Part shown: positions 45,131-55,769 of the stretch, piece by piece | Numbering within the stretch: position 1 is the stretch's first letter | Layout: each line of letters opens with the position of its first letter | Assembly: GCA_964483695.1 (NCBI GenBank) | Contig: CAZACZ010000002.1 | Span: forward strand, 3,171 to 67,170 | Source of the DNA: an uncultured bacterium | GTDB lineage: Bacteria; Deinococcota; Deinococci; Deinococcales; Trueperaceae | Reading direction: 5' to 3' | DNA length: 64,000 nucleotides | The notes under the pieces: generated by a model | What the model was told of the DNA's origin: nothing | Databases searched by the model: none | What the model saw: the letters and a program-made list of their open reading frames with translations, nothing else | Made by a program: the position numbers and the translations under genes

Positions 45131-47554
45131 GTGCGCACCGACTCTCGCCACGACGCAGCCGCACCCGAAGCTGGCGCATCCGGCGGTGACGCGCCGGCCG
45201 TCGAGGCGACCGGCGAGGCGGCAGGCGACGCCTGGGCGCACGCCCGCGTACGTGTGCGCGGGGTGGTGCAAGGCGTCGGCTTCCGACCGTTCGTCTACCG
45301 CATCGCCCACGAAGACCGCCTCGCCGGCTGGGTCACGAACGACACCGATGGCGTGCTGATCGACGTGCAGGGTGCTGCGGCGGCCGTCGAGCGCTTCTGC
45401 AGGCGCCTGCGCGACGAGCCGCCGCCGGCCGCCCGGGTGGACGCCGTCGAGGTCGAGGCGCTCGAGCCTGCCGTCGCAGCCGACGCGATCGGCACGGCTC
45501 CCGGGGGCGCAGCCGCCGCCCCACGCTTCGTCATCGCCGAGAGCCGCGCAGGGGGGCAGATCACCACCCTGGTGTCGCCCGACCTGCCGGTCTGCGACGA
45601 CTGCCTTCGCGAGATGCGCGACCCGACCGACCGGCGCTACCGCTACCCGTTCATCAACTGCACCAACTGCGGGCCGCGCTACTCGATCATCGCCGACCTC
45701 CCCTACGACCGGCCCAACACCACCATGCGCGGCTTCACCTTGTGCGAAGCGTGCGCGACCGAGTACCACGACCCCGCCGACCGGCGCTTCCACGCCCAAC
45801 CGGTGGCGTGCCCGGTCTGCGGCCCGGAACTCGTGCTGCTGGACGCCGAAGGGGCCGAACTCGCGCGTGCGGAGGGGGTGGTGGAGCGCGCCGCCGCGCT
45901 CCTGGCCGACGGCTGCATCCTGGCGGTGAAAGGCCTCGGCGGGTACCACCTGGCGTGCGACGCCGCCGACGCCCGGGCGGTGGCGGCGCTGCGGACACGC
46001 AAGTTCCGCAAGGAGAAGCCGTTCGCGGTGATGGCGGCGGACGTAGCCGCGCTCGACGGCGCGGTGGTGCTCTCCGACGTCGACCGGGCGCTGCTCACCG
46101 GTCGCGAACGCCCGGTGGTGCTGGCCCCCAAGGGGTCGCGACCCCTGCCCGACGGCCTGGCGCCCGGCCTGGTCGACCTCGGCGTGATGTTGCCGTACAC
46201 GCCGCTGCAGCACCTCCTGTTCGACGCCGGCGCGCCGCGGCTGCTGGTGATGACCAGCGCCAACCGCAGTTCCGAGCCGATCGCGTACCGCGACGACGAG
46301 GCGAAGGAGCGGCTGCGTGGCATCGCCGACGCCTTCGTGGTCGGCACGCGCCCGATCGAGCGGCGCGTCGACGACTCGGTGGCCACCACCATGGCGGGGC
46401 GCCCGGCGGTGATGCGGCGGGCGCGCGGCTACGCCCCCGCCCCGGTGGCGCGCAGCGACCGCTACGCCGCCCCGATCCTGGGGCTCGGCGCCGGCTTGAA
46501 GAACACCATCACCCTGGCCACCGCGGGCCAGGCGTTCACCAGCCAGCACCTCGGAGACCTCGAGCACTACGACGCGTACGTGGCGTTCGAAGAGACGGTG
46601 CGCGACCTAGCACGCCTGTACCACGTGGACCCGGAGCGCGCGACGGTGGTCGTCGACCTGCATCCCGACTACCCCTCCACCCGCTTCGGGGAGCGGCTAG
46701 CGCCGTCACCTACGCGCGTTCAGCACCACCAGGCGCACGTCGCTTCGGTGCTGGCGGAGCGCGAGGCGTTCGAGACGCGCGTGCTCGGGTTCGCGTTCGA
46801 CGGCGCCGGGCTCGGCGACGACGGCACCATCTGGGGTGGCGAGGTCTTCCACGGTTCGCTGACGGAAGGGTTCGCCCGGGTGGCGCACCTCGCGGCCGCG
46901 GCCTTGCCCGGCGGTGACGCCGCGGCACGCAACCCCGTCCAGGCCGCGGTCGGCTTCCTCCACGCCCTTCCCGCGGAGCGTTGGCAGACGCGCCTACCGG
47001 AGCTGCCCGTACGCGTGGCCAGCGGCATGATCGCCAGCCGCACCAACACCCCGGCCACCACCAGCGTCGGCCGCCTGTTCGACACCGTCGCGGCGCTGTG
47101 CGGCTTCCACCGGCCGATGAGCTACGAGGGGCAGGCGGCGATGTGGCTCGAAGGCTTGGCGCGTGCCGAGGCCGCGTCCGCCGACGGCGCAGGCGCGGGC
47201 CGACGAAGCGCGTACCCGCTCCCCTTCGACGGCCGCTCCTTCGACCATGCACGCTTGCTGGACGCCGTGCTCGACGACCTCGATGCCGGAGCGCCGCCCG
47301 GCCGCGTGGCGCTTCGCTTCCACCTGGCGGTGGCCGCCGCGGTGGCCGAGGCCGCCGCGAGGCTGCACGACGACCACCCGGCCCAGGCGGTAGTGCTGTC
47401 CGGCGGGGTGTGGCAGAACCGCCTGCTGTTCGAACGCACCCACGCCCTCCTCGAGCGCGGCGGGTTCGACGTGTGGTGGAACCAGCGCGTGCCGCTGGGG
47501 GACGGCGGGATCTCGCTCGGGCAGGTCGCTTGGGCGGCCGCGCGGCGCACCTGA
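45131..47554 (+). CDS. hypF: [NiFe]-hydrogenase maturation carbamoyltransferase HypF
   Basis: Acylphosphatase domain (VRGVVQGVGFRPFV), two zinc-finger pairs (CDDC...CTNCGPRYS; CEAC...CPVCGP), and YrdC-like and Kae1-like domains. Confidence 0.92.
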   Translation: MRTDSRHDAAAPEAGASGGDAPAVEATGEAAGDAWAHARVRVRGVVQGVGFRPFVYRIAHEDRLAGWVTNDTDGVLIDVQGAAAAVERFCRRLRDEPPPAARVDAVEVEALEPAVAADAIGTAPGGAAAAPRFVIAESRAGGQITTLVSPDLPVCDDCLREMRDPTDRRYRYPFINCTNCGPRYSIIADLPYDRPNTTMRGFTLCEACATEYHDPADRRFHAQPVACPVCGPELVLLDAEGAELARAEGVVERAAALLADGCILAVKGLGGYHLACDAADARAVAALRTRKFRKEKPFAVMAADVAALDGAVVLSDVDRALLTGRERPVVLAPKGSRPLPDGLAPGLVDLGVMLPYTPLQHLLFDAGAPRLLVMTSANRSSEPIAYRDDEAKERLRGIADAFVVGTRPIERRVDDSVATTMAGRPAVMRRARGYAPAPVARSDRYAAPILGLGAGLKNTITLATAGQAFTSQHLGDLEHYDAYVAFEETVRDLARLYHVDPERATVVVDLHPDYPSTRFGERLAPSPTRVQHHQAHVASVLAEREAFETRVLGFAFDGAGLGDDGTIWGGEVFHGSLTEGFARVAHLAAAALPGGDAAARNPVQAAVGFLHALPAERWQTRLPELPVRVASGMIASRTNTPATTSVGRLFDTVAALCGFHRPMSYEGQAAMWLEGLARAEAASADGAGAGRRSAYPLPFDGRSFDHARLLDAVLDDLDAGAPPGRVALRFHLAVAAAVAEAAARLHDDHPAQAVVLSGGVWQNRLLFERTHALLERGGFDVWWNQRVPLGDGGISLGQVAWAAARRT

Positions 47555-47772
47555 GCGTCGGCCGGCGCACCGTCCACACGCACCGCACCGCCGCCGGCAT
47601 GGTGCGCGCCTAGATCGCCTCGGGCAACGCGTCCGGCACCCCGCCTCGAGGGACGTTCCACCCTGGCCGATTGCGACGTCGGCCCACATACTGGCCGGGA
47701 ACCACGGCCCGTCGCCTCGCGCGGCGAACGGGTCCTCGCGCAGCACGGCACCCGTGGCGGAAGGGTGTCGTG

Positions 47773-48942
47773 ATGATTCCATCTCGCATGGACGCCGGAG
47801 GGCTCGGATCCTTGATCCAAGCGCTCCGCCAGCGTGGCTACCAGGTAGTGGGGCCGACCGTGAAAGACGGCGCCATCGTCCTGGCCGAGATCGACGGGGA
47901 GGAAGACCTGCCGCGCGGCTGGACCGAGGTGCAAGACGCCGGGGCGTACCGCCTGGCGCGGCGCCCCGACGCGGCGCGCTTCGGCTACGCCGTCGGACCT
48001 CACGCCTGGAAGCGCTACCTGCTTCCCTCGACGCTGCGGCTCTGGCGCGCCGAACGCGACGGAGCCGGCGGGTTCTCGCTGGACACGCCCGCACCCACGC
48101 CTGCCTACGCCTTCGTCGGGGTCCGGCCCTGCGACGCGCACGCCATCCGCATCCAGGACCGCGTCGTCACCGGCGGCGCTCACGTCGATCCCGACTACCT
48201 CGAGCGCCGTCGCAAAGCGTTCGTGGTGGCGGTGAACTGCACCGAGCCAGGCGGCACCTGCTTCTGCGCCTCGATGGGAACCGGCCCGCGCCTCGAGCCC
48301 GGCCCGCTCGCGATCGACGCCCCGGACGCCCACGCCGCCGCCTGCGACCTGGTGCTCACCGAGCTGACCACGGGAGACGAGGTGGCGTACCTGGTGGAGG
48401 CCGGCTCGGAGCGCGGGGAGGAGCTCCTCGCTGCACTCCCCATCCGGCCCGCCACGCCCGACGAGGTCGCTGCCGCCGACGCTGCCTTGCAGACCGCCGC
48501 TGCCCGCATGGGGCGCTCGCTCGAGCTCGACGGCCTGGCCCAGATCCTCGCCGACAACCTAGAGCACCCGCGCTGGGACGAGGTGGCGGCGCGCTGCGTC
48601 ACCTGCGGCAACTGCACCCTCGCCTGCCCTACGTGCTTCTGCACCACGGTGCAGGACGTGACCGACCTGACCGGCGCCGCCGAACGCACGCGCGTCTGGG
48701 ACTCGTGCTTCACGCTGGAGTACTCCTACGTCCACGGCGGGCCGGTGCGCCCGTCGAACGCGGCCCGCTACCGCCAGTGGCTCACGCACAAGCTGTCGAC
48801 CTGGGTGGCGCAGTTCGGCACCAACGGCTGCGTCGGGTGCGGCCGCTGCATCACCTGGTGCCCGGTGGGCATCGACATCACCGAGGAAGCCGCCGCCATC
48901 CGCGCCCCGAGGGCAGGAGACCACGATGCACCGCACGCCTGA
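47773..48942 (+). CDS. hyhB: Group 3b [NiFe]-hydrogenase beta subunit (4Fe-4S dicluster protein, sulfhydrogenase HydB-like)
   Basis: [16 protein letters not shown] and [12 protein letters not shown] ferredoxin motifs. It is the first gene of a four-gene set with the gamma, delta and alpha subunits. GGAAGGG RBS. Confidence 0.75.
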   Translation: MIPSRMDAGGLGSLIQALRQRGYQVVGPTVKDGAIVLAEIDGEEDLPRGWTEVQDAGAYRLARRPDAARFGYAVGPHAWKRYLLPSTLRLWRAERDGAGGFSLDTPAPTPAYAFVGVRPCDAHAIRIQDRVVTGGAHVDPDYLERRRKAFVVAVNCTEPGGTCFCASMGTGPRLEPGPLAIDAPDAHAAACDLVLTELTTGDEVAYLVEAGSERGEELLAALPIRPATPDEVAAADAALQTAAARMGRSLELDGLAQILADNLEHPRWDEVAARCVTCGNCTLACPTCFCTTVQDVTDLTGAAERTRVWDSCFTLEYSYVHGGPVRPSNAARYRQWLTHKLSTWVAQFGTNGCVGCGRCITWCPVGIDITEEAAAIRAPRAGDHDAPHA

Positions 48943-49825
48943 GGCCGCCCCCGCCCACCCGTCCGCGGCACCCACCGCCCAGCAGGGCCCCGCGTTCCAT
49001 CCCGACCCGATGCGGCCGGAGCCGTTCCGCGTGACCGCGTACCACGACGAGACCGAGGACACGTTCACGCTGCGGCTCGAGCCGGCCACGCAGCGCCAGG
49101 CGCTGCGCTTCCTGCCCGGGCAGTTCACCATGCTCTACCTCTTCGGGGTGGGCGAGGTGCCCATCTCCATCTGCGGCGACCCCGCCGAACCGGAGGTGCT
49201 GGTGCACACCACGCGCGCCGTCGGCGCCGTCACCCGTGCTCTGCACGCGCTGCGGCCCGGCGACGTGGTGGGCGTACGCGGGCCGTTCGGCACCAGCTGG
49301 CCCGTCGAGCTGGCCGAGGGCCGCGACCTGGTGGTCATCGCCGGCGGCATCGGCCTCCCGCCGCTTCGGCCGGCGCTCTACCACGTGCTCGCGCACCGCG
49401 CCCGCTACCGCCGGGTGACGCTGCTGTACGGCAGCCGCACACCGACCGAGTTGCTCTACCCAGGGGAACTTGCGACGTGGGCCGCCTCCGGCGCCATCGA
49501 CGTGCGCACCACCGTCGACCGCGCCGACGAGTGCTGGAGCGGCCGCGTGGGGGTGGTCACGCCGCTCATCCAGGACGCCTCGTTCGACCCGGCGCGCGCC
49601 GTGGCGATGGTGTGCGGCCCGGAGATCATGATCCGTTTCGCCGCCAAGGAGCTGCTGCAGCGCGGCATGGCGGCCTCCGACGTGTTCGTCTCGCTCGAAC
49701 GCAACATGAAGTGCGCGGTGGGCCTCTGCGGCCACTGCCAGCTCGGTCCCTACCTGGTGTGCCGCGACGGTCCGGTGTTCGCCTACGACCGCGTCATGCG
49801 CCTCATGGACGTGCGGGAGGTCTGA
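48926..49825 (+). CDS. hyhG: Group 3b [NiFe]-hydrogenase gamma subunit (FAD/NAD(P)-binding, 2Fe-2S)
   Basis: FNR-like fold motifs ([19 protein letters not shown]) and C-terminal [13 protein letters not shown] after AGGAG, overlapping the hyhB end. Confidence 0.75.
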   Translation: MHRTPEAAPAHPSAAPTAQQGPAFHPDPMRPEPFRVTAYHDETEDTFTLRLEPATQRQALRFLPGQFTMLYLFGVGEVPISICGDPAEPEVLVHTTRAVGAVTRALHALRPGDVVGVRGPFGTSWPVELAEGRDLVVIAGGIGLPPLRPALYHVLAHRARYRRVTLLYGSRTPTELLYPGELATWAASGAIDVRTTVDRADECWSGRVGVVTPLIQDASFDPARAVAMVCGPEIMIRFAAKELLQRGMAASDVFVSLERNMKCAVGLCGHCQLGPYLVCRDGPVFAYDRVMRLMDVREV

Positions 49826-49826
49826 C

Positions 49827-50723
49827 ATGCACGCTTCCTCATCCCCGTCGAACCCCGCCGTCAAGCCGAAGCTCGCGGTGTGGAAGTTCGCCTCCTGCGA
49901 CGGCTGCCAGCTCAGCCTGCTCGACTGCGAGGACGAGTTGCTGGCGGTGGCGGGTGCCGTCGACATCGCCTACTTCCTCGAAGCATCCAGCGCGACGGTG
50001 GAGGGCCCCTACGACGTGTCGCTGGTGGAAGGCTCGGTGTGCACCGCCCACGACGAGGAGCGCATCCAGCAGGTGCGCGCGGCGTCGCGCACGCTCGTCG
50101 CCATCGGCGCTTGCGCCACCGCCGGCGGGATCCAGGCGCTGCGCAACTTCCACGACGCCAAGGAGTTCGCCGCCGCCGTCTACGCCCACCCCGAGGTCCT
50201 CGACGCGCTGGCCACCTCGACGCCGATCTCGGATCACGTGCGGGTCGACCTCGAACTCCGCGGCTGCCCCATCGACAAGCACCAGCTCGTGGAGGTGCTG
50301 GCCGCGACCCTGGCCGGCCGCCGACCGAACCTGCCGCACTACAGCGTCTGCCTCGAGTGCAAGCGCCGGGGCACGCCATGCGTGATGGTCGCGCACGGGA
50401 CCCCGTGCCTCGGCCCGGTGACGCAAGCCGGCTGTGGCGCGATCTGCCCCGCGTACGGCCGGGGCTGCTACGGCTGCTTCGGTCCTATGGAGACGCCGAA
50501 CACGGCGTCGTTGGCGACCACCTTCGCGCGCGACTTGGGCATCGACCAGGGCGCCTGGGTGCGCGCGCTGCACACCTTCAACGCCTACGCCGAACCGTTC
50601 CGCGACGCGGCGGCCGCCTACCCCCGGGCGCCGCGCGCCGGTGCGCGGCGCGGCGACGGCGCGCGGCCCGGTTCCGGCGCCGCACGCGCGTCGTCCGTCA
50701 CGCGGTCGACGAGGAAGGGATGA
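49827..50723 (+). CDS. hyhS: Group 3b [NiFe]-hydrogenase small (delta) subunit
   Basis: [19 protein letters not shown] and a C-terminal Cys cluster (CLECK...C...C..AGCGAICP...GCYGC). GGGAGG RBS. Confidence 0.8.
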   Translation: MHASSSPSNPAVKPKLAVWKFASCDGCQLSLLDCEDELLAVAGAVDIAYFLEASSATVEGPYDVSLVEGSVCTAHDEERIQQVRAASRTLVAIGACATAGGIQALRNFHDAKEFAAAVYAHPEVLDALATSTPISDHVRVDLELRGCPIDKHQLVEVLAATLAGRRPNLPHYSVCLECKRRGTPCVMVAHGTPCLGPVTQAGCGAICPAYGRGCYGCFGPMETPNTASLATTFARDLGIDQGAWVRALHTFNAYAEPFRDAAAAYPRAPRAGARRGDGARPGSGAARASSVTRSTRKG

Positions 50724-50727
50724 CGCC

Positions 50728-52080
50728 ATGCCGGGCGACGCACGACCCACGATCCACCCGGAACCACCCGCCCGCGACGGCGCGCCGTCGCCCCAGGCCA
50801 CCCGCACCATCGCAGTCGGCGCGCTGGCGCGCGTCGAAGGCGAAGGCGCGCTCTACGTGAACGTCGACGGCGACGTGGTGCAGGACGTACGGCTCGACAT
50901 CTACGAACCGCCGCGGTTCTTCGAGGCGTTCCTGCGCGGCCGGTCGTACACCGAGCCGCCCGACATCACCGCGCGCATCTGCGGCATCTGCCCGGTGGCG
51001 TACCAGATGAGCGCCAGCCACGCCATCGAGGCCGCCTGCGGCGTGCGCGTGACCGGCCCTCTTCGCGACCTGCGGCGCCTGCTGTACTGCGGCGAGTGGA
51101 TCGAGAGCCACGCGCTTCACATCTACTTGCTGCACGCGCCGGACTTCCTGGGGTACCCCAGCGGCATCCACCTGGCCCAGGACCGACCCGACGAGGTGAA
51201 GCGCGGCTTGGCACTGAAGAAGCTCGGCAACGACCTGATGGTGCTGCTGGGCGGGCGCGAGATCCACCCGATCAACGTGCGCCTCGGCGGCTTCTACCGC
51301 GTCCCCACGCGCGCGCAGCTGCTGGCGCTGCGCCCCCGGCTGGTGGCGGCTCGCGACGACGCGCTGGCTACGGTGCGCTGGGTGGCGGGCTTCGCGTTCC
51401 CGTCGTTCGAGCGCGACTACACCTTCGCCGCCCTGCATCACCCGCACGAGTACCCGATGAACGAGGGCCGCATGGTCACCAACCGTGGGCTCGACATCGC
51501 CGTGGACGCGTTCGAGGAGCACTTCCACGAGGAGCACGTGCCGCACTCCACGGCGCTGCACGCCCTGGTGGACGGCCAGCCGTACCTGGTGGGTCCGTTG
51601 GCGCGCTACGCGCTGGCCTTCGAGCAGCTCTCGCCGCTGGCCAAGGAAGCCGCGCTGGAAGCAGGACTCGGCCGCGTGTGCCGCAACCCGTTCCAGAGCA
51701 TCGTGGTGCGCGCCGTCGAGATGCTCTACGCCTGCGACGAGGCGCTGCGGATCGTCGATGCGTACGAGCCGCCAGCCGCACCGTACGTGGACGTGCCGCC
51801 GCGCGCCGGCCGAGGCCACGCCTGCACCGAGGCGCCCCGCGGCACCCTCTACCACCGCTACACGCTGGACGCCACCGGCACCATCGTGGACGCCACCATC
51901 GTCCCGCCGACGGCGCAGAGCCAACGCAGCATCGAAGGCGACCTGCACGGCGTGGTCGAGGCCCACCTGCACGAGCAGAACGACCGCCTGCAGCACCTGT
52001 GCGAGCAGGCCATCCGCAACCACGACCCGTGCATCTCCTGCTCGACGCACTTCCTGAGGCTGGAGGTGGAGCGCGCTTGA
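50728..52080 (+). CDS. hyhL: Group 3b [NiFe]-hydrogenase large (alpha) subunit
   Basis: [16 protein letters not shown] and C-terminal DPCISCSTH plus a 9-residue tail. Start ATG 50728 after GAGGAAGGG. The listed ORF 50434.. is over-extended. Confidence 0.88.
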   Translation: MPGDARPTIHPEPPARDGAPSPQATRTIAVGALARVEGEGALYVNVDGDVVQDVRLDIYEPPRFFEAFLRGRSYTEPPDITARICGICPVAYQMSASHAIEAACGVRVTGPLRDLRRLLYCGEWIESHALHIYLLHAPDFLGYPSGIHLAQDRPDEVKRGLALKKLGNDLMVLLGGREIHPINVRLGGFYRVPTRAQLLALRPRLVAARDDALATVRWVAGFAFPSFERDYTFAALHHPHEYPMNEGRMVTNRGLDIAVDAFEEHFHEEHVPHSTALHALVDGQPYLVGPLARYALAFEQLSPLAKEAALEAGLGRVCRNPFQSIVVRAVEMLYACDEALRIVDAYEPPAAPYVDVPPRAGRGHACTEAPRGTLYHRYTLDATGTIVDATIVPPTAQSQRSIEGDLHGVVEAHLHEQNDRLQHLCEQAIRNHDPCISCSTHFLRLEVERA

Positions 52081-52580
52081 GCGCGGAAGCCCGCGAGCAC
52101 CCGCGCGGCGCTGCTCGGCCCGGGACGCTCGTCGTCGGCATCGGCAACACGGATCGCGGCGACGACGCCGTCGGCGTCGTCGCCGTGCAACGGCTGCTGG
52201 CCCGCTGGGGTGGGGCCGCGCCGCGCGGTGTCCTGGTGCGCACCTGCGAAGGCGACCCGCTTGGGCTGATCGACGGTTGGCGCGACGCCCGGCAGCTGGT
52301 GCTGGTCGACGCGACCGCACCCGCCGGCGCGCCGGGCACAGTGCGCCGCCTCGCCTCGGTCCACGCGCTGCGGGCCGCGGCGCCGTCCTCCTCGCACGGC
52401 CTGGGGCTGGCGGAGGCGATCGCGTTGGCGGCGTCGCTGGGGACGCTCCCACCGACCTGGGTGGTCATCGGCGTGGAAGCGCGGAGCTTCGCGCACGGCG
52501 CGGCGCTCACGCCCGAGGTGGCGGCCGGGGTGCCGCGCGCCGTGGCGGCCGTGGAGCGCGAGGTCCTCGAGCGCCCCTGA
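52077..52580 (+). CDS. Hydrogenase maturation endopeptidase for the group 3b enzyme
   Basis: [16 protein letters not shown]...DA...H motifs. The only in-frame start before the conserved block is TTG 52077, which overlaps the hyhL stop (TTGA). Confidence 0.7.
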   Translation: MSAEAREHPRGAARPGTLVVGIGNTDRGDDAVGVVAVQRLLARWGGAAPRGVLVRTCEGDPLGLIDGWRDARQLVLVDATAPAGAPGTVRRLASVHALRAAAPSSSHGLGLAEAIALAASLGTLPPTWVVIGVEARSFAHGAALTPEVAAGVPRAVAAVEREVLERP

Positions 52581-52633
52581 GCGCAGGCGCCCAGCCCCCG
52601 GCAGCCGAGCCCGTCGTCCGCTACGCTGGGCGG

Positions 52634-53884
52634 ATGCCCGAGACGCTCACGCCGGCGGAAGCCCGGCGCATCTTCCTGCACGCCCAGGGGCTTGCCCGCA
52701 GACGCGCGAAGGGGCGCGTCAGCGACGCGCAGTTCCGCGCCTACCTACGGCGCCAGGGCGTGCTGCAACTCGACAGCGTCAACGTCTTCGCCCGCGCCCA
52801 CACCATGCCGCTCTTCTCGCGCCACGGACCGTACGACGTCGGCGCGCTCGAGCGCTATCTCTGGTCGAGCGGCGAGGTGTTCGAGCACTGGGGCCACGAG
52901 GCCTCGGTGATGCCGATCGACCTGTTGCCGCACTTGCGGCACCGCATGGACGACCTCCACTCGCGGTGGGGCACGTACGTCCACGGCACGCTCGAGCGGC
53001 GCAAGCCGGGCCTGGTTCGCGAGGTCGAAGCGGCGGTGCACGAGGCCGGTCCGCTCACCGCGGCCGACGTCGCGCACCTCGAGGGCGGCGCGACGCGTAG
53101 GCGCGGCGGCTGGTGGAACCTGAGCGACACCAAGCTGGCGCTCGAGTACCTGTTCCTGACGGGCCGGGCGGCGGTGGCGGGCAGGCCGAACTTCCAGCGC
53201 TTGTACGACGCGCCGCAGCGCGTCTGGGGTGACGCCCACCAGAGCAACGGCACCGACCGCGGCGAAGCGCATCAGCAGCTGTTCGACACCGCCTTGCGCG
53301 CCAGCGGCATCGGCACCGTCGGCGACTTGGCCGATCACTTCCGCATCAAGAAGACCCCCGCGAAGCGCCTAGCGGCGTCGACGGTAGAGCGCGGACTGGC
53401 GCGGTGGGTGCAGGTCCAGGGATGGTCCGAGCCGGCGCTCCTGGCGACGGGCGCCGACGACCCGGGTCGCGCCACCGGCGCCGCGCTGCTCTCGCCCTTC
53501 GATCCCGCTTGCTGGTACCGCGATCGCCTGCTTCGCATGTTCGGCATGCACTACCGCATCGAGATCTACACCCCGGCACCCAAGCGCCAGTACGGGTACT
53601 ACACGCTGCCGTTCCTGCTGGGAGACCAGATGGTCGCGCGCGTCGACCTGAAGGCCGACCGCAAGGCGTCTGCCGTGGTGGCGCAGGCGTCGTGGCTGGA
53701 AGGAAGCCCGGCGCCCGGCGCGCGGCGGCGCACCCCGGACGAGGTCGCGACGGCGTTGGCGGACGAACTGCGCCTGGCCGCTTCGTGGCACCGGTTGGAC
53801 GACGTCGTGGTGCGGCCGGTCGGCACCTTGGCGCCGGCCCTGGCGCACGCCGTGGCGCGCTCCGGCGATCCGGGCGCACCGTGA
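52634..53884 (+). CDS. YcaQ-like winged-helix DNA glycosylase (HTH_42/DUF1006 family)
   Basis: N-terminus has GVLQLDSVNVFARAH with the Q-phi-D catalytic motif (Q45, D47). C-terminus has YGYYTLPFL...VARVDLKADR, typical of the family. Confidence 0.75.
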   Translation: MPETLTPAEARRIFLHAQGLARRRAKGRVSDAQFRAYLRRQGVLQLDSVNVFARAHTMPLFSRHGPYDVGALERYLWSSGEVFEHWGHEASVMPIDLLPHLRHRMDDLHSRWGTYVHGTLERRKPGLVREVEAAVHEAGPLTAADVAHLEGGATRRRGGWWNLSDTKLALEYLFLTGRAAVAGRPNFQRLYDAPQRVWGDAHQSNGTDRGEAHQQLFDTALRASGIGTVGDLADHFRIKKTPAKRLAASTVERGLARWVQVQGWSEPALLATGADDPGRATGAALLSPFDPACWYRDRLLRMFGMHYRIEIYTPAPKRQYGYYTLPFLLGDQMVARVDLKADRKASAVVAQASWLEGSPAPGARRRTPDEVATALADELRLAASWHRLDDVVVRPVGTLAPALAHAVARSGDPGAP

Positions 53885-54303
53885 GCCGCGCCACCGAGGA
53901 CCGCAACCGCCGCATGCTCCGTGCGCGGGACGCCATGGACCGCACCTTCGCCGAGCCGCTCGACGTGCGGCGGTTGGCACGCCTCGCCGAGGTGTCCGAG
54001 GCGCACTTCATCCGCACCTTCCGCGCCACGTTCGGGGAGACGCCGCACCGCTACCTGCAGCGCCGCCGCGTGGAGCGTGCCATGTTCCTGCTGCGCGACT
54101 CCGAGCGCAGCATCACCGACGTCTGTCTCGACGTCGGGTTCCAGAGCCTCGGCACCTTCAGCCGGACCTTCCGCGACATCGTCGGCGTCTCGCCCAGCAC
54201 CTACCGGCGCCGCGCCCAGCGGACCGCCGTGCCAACCTGCTTCGCGATGGCGTGGGCAAGGCCGAGCAGTTTCGGAGAAGCGCCGGCGGGCCGCGCCGAC
54301 TAG
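53881..54303 (+). CDS. Small AraC-family (MarA/SoxS-like, HTH-only) transcriptional regulator
   Basis: The GTG overlaps the preceding stop (GTGA). It has a dual HTH_18-like sequence (LARLAEVSEAHFIRTFRATFGETPHRYL...ITDVCLDVGFQSLGTFSRTFR...G.SP..YR). Confidence 0.75.
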   Translation: MSRATEDRNRRMLRARDAMDRTFAEPLDVRRLARLAEVSEAHFIRTFRATFGETPHRYLQRRRVERAMFLLRDSERSITDVCLDVGFQSLGTFSRTFRDIVGVSPSTYRRRAQRTAVPTCFAMAWARPSSFGEAPAGRAD

Positions 54304-54349
54304 CATGACGAGGTCACCGGCTCGAGCGGTGCACGAGAGGAGCGACTCC

Positions 54350-54778
54350 ATGCTGAACGGCATCAACATCACGCACGTGTGGGTCTTCGATCAGGACGAG
54401 GCGCTGGCGTTCTACGTCGGCAAGCTCGGCCTCGAGGTCGGCAGCGACATCGACCTCGGGAACATGCGCTGGCTCACCGTTCGCGTGCCCGGCCGACCCG
54501 AACGCGAGATCCTGCTCGAGCGCCCCGGCCCCCCCTCGGTGGACCCGGAGAGCGGCGCGAAGATCCGCGAGCTGATCGCCAAAGGGGCGTCCGGCTTCAC
54601 CGTCGGCTTCACCACCGACGACTGCCACGGCGTCTACCAGGACCTCAAGGCCAAGGGCGTCGAGTTCACGCAGGAGCCGGTGGAGCACTTCTACGGCACC
54701 GACATCGGCATCCGTGACCCGTTCGGGAACCACATCCGCATCGTGCAGATGAAGCACGCCGCGGCCGCGCCGGCCTGA
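54350..54778 (+). CDS. VOC-family (glyoxalase/bleomycin-resistance-like) protein
   Basis: H.W.FV.D.D.A..FY..KLG...and C-terminal FGNHI motifs. AGAGGAG RBS. Confidence 0.75.
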   Translation: MLNGINITHVWVFDQDEALAFYVGKLGLEVGSDIDLGNMRWLTVRVPGRPEREILLERPGPPSVDPESGAKIRELIAKGASGFTVGFTTDDCHGVYQDLKAKGVEFTQEPVEHFYGTDIGIRDPFGNHIRIVQMKHAAAAPA

Positions 54779-54803
54779 CGCAGGCGGCGCGGCGGCGCCA
54801 CGG

Positions 54804-55769
54804 CTACGCCCTCACGACCACGCTGCCCTCGCGGCTGAACCGCAGCGGCACCTGGCGCAGCTCCGGCAACGCCGCGCGCACCGCCTCCTGCTGCCCATCC
54901 GGGCAGCAGACCAGCACGAACCCGCTGATCTTGCCGCCCGGGAACTGCGCCGCCGCGCCGACGGCGCGGACCCGGGCGGCGACGTCGAGCACCTGGTCGT
55001 CCACGAACCGACCGGGAAGGAGCTGCTTCAGGCGCTGCTGCTCGGCGATGCACGCAGCCAGGCGCGGCACATCGCCCGCCTCGATCGCCGTCGTGGCTTC
55101 GTCGGCCAACGCGCGGATGTCGTGCAGCACCGGGACGGCCTCGTCGAAGCGCGCCGTCAAGGCGTCGAGCGACGGCTTGGTGCGCTCCTGGCGGCCGCTG
55201 GCGAAGAGCAGCAAGGAGCCTTCGATCGCCCGGGTGGCCGCAGCGTCGGTGTCGAGCCGCCGCTCGTGGACCATGGCGCCGTCGTACGTCAGGCGCAGCA
55301 GACCGCCGCGGGCGCAGACGTGCGGGTCGTGGTAGCCGGACGCTCCGCGCAAGCGCTCGACCTCGATGGTCGCCGCCTCCGACGCCAAGGCGCCGGCGCT
55401 CGGCGCTTCGCCACGCGCGGCGCGCAAGGCGTGGAGCAGCGCCACCGTCACCGCGCCCGAAGTGCCCAGGCCGCTGTTGCCGGGCAGGTCGGCCCAGATC
55501 GCCAGGCGCACGGGGGGATGCTCGGGATCCACGCTCGCCAACGCCTCGCGGACCAGCTCGTGGCGCACGGCCCGGGGGGCGTCGGCGTGCTCCACGCCCC
55601 CTTCGGCGTGCACCTCGAAGCGACCGTCGAGGCTCGGCAGGAGCGTGACCCGAACGTAGGCATCGATGGTGGCGCTGACGGTCGCGCCACCGTAGGCCTC
55701 GGCGTACGGCGCCAAGTCGGTCAGCCCGCCGGCGAACGGGACCCGCAACGGCGTGCGCGCGACGATCAT
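54804..55769 (-). CDS. GHMP-family sugar kinase (HddA/heptose-phosphate-kinase-like)
   Basis: MIVARTPLRVPFAGGLTD N-terminus and GHMP motif II PGNSGLGTSGA. The ATG overlaps the upstream stop (ATGA). Confidence 0.7.
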   Translation of the reverse strand: MIVARTPLRVPFAGGLTDLAPYAEAYGGATVSATIDAYVRVTLLPSLDGRFEVHAEGGVEHADAPRAVRHELVREALASVDPEHPPVRLAIWADLPGNSGLGTSGAVTVALLHALRAARGEAPSAGALASEAATIEVERLRGASGYHDPHVCARGGLLRLTYDGAMVHERRLDTDAAATRAIEGSLLLFASGRQERTKPSLDALTARFDEAVPVLHDIRALADEATTAIEAGDVPRLAACIAEQQRLKQLLPGRFVDDQVLDVAARVRAVGAAAQFPGGKISGFVLVCCPDGQQEAVRAALPELRQVPLRFSREGSVVVRA

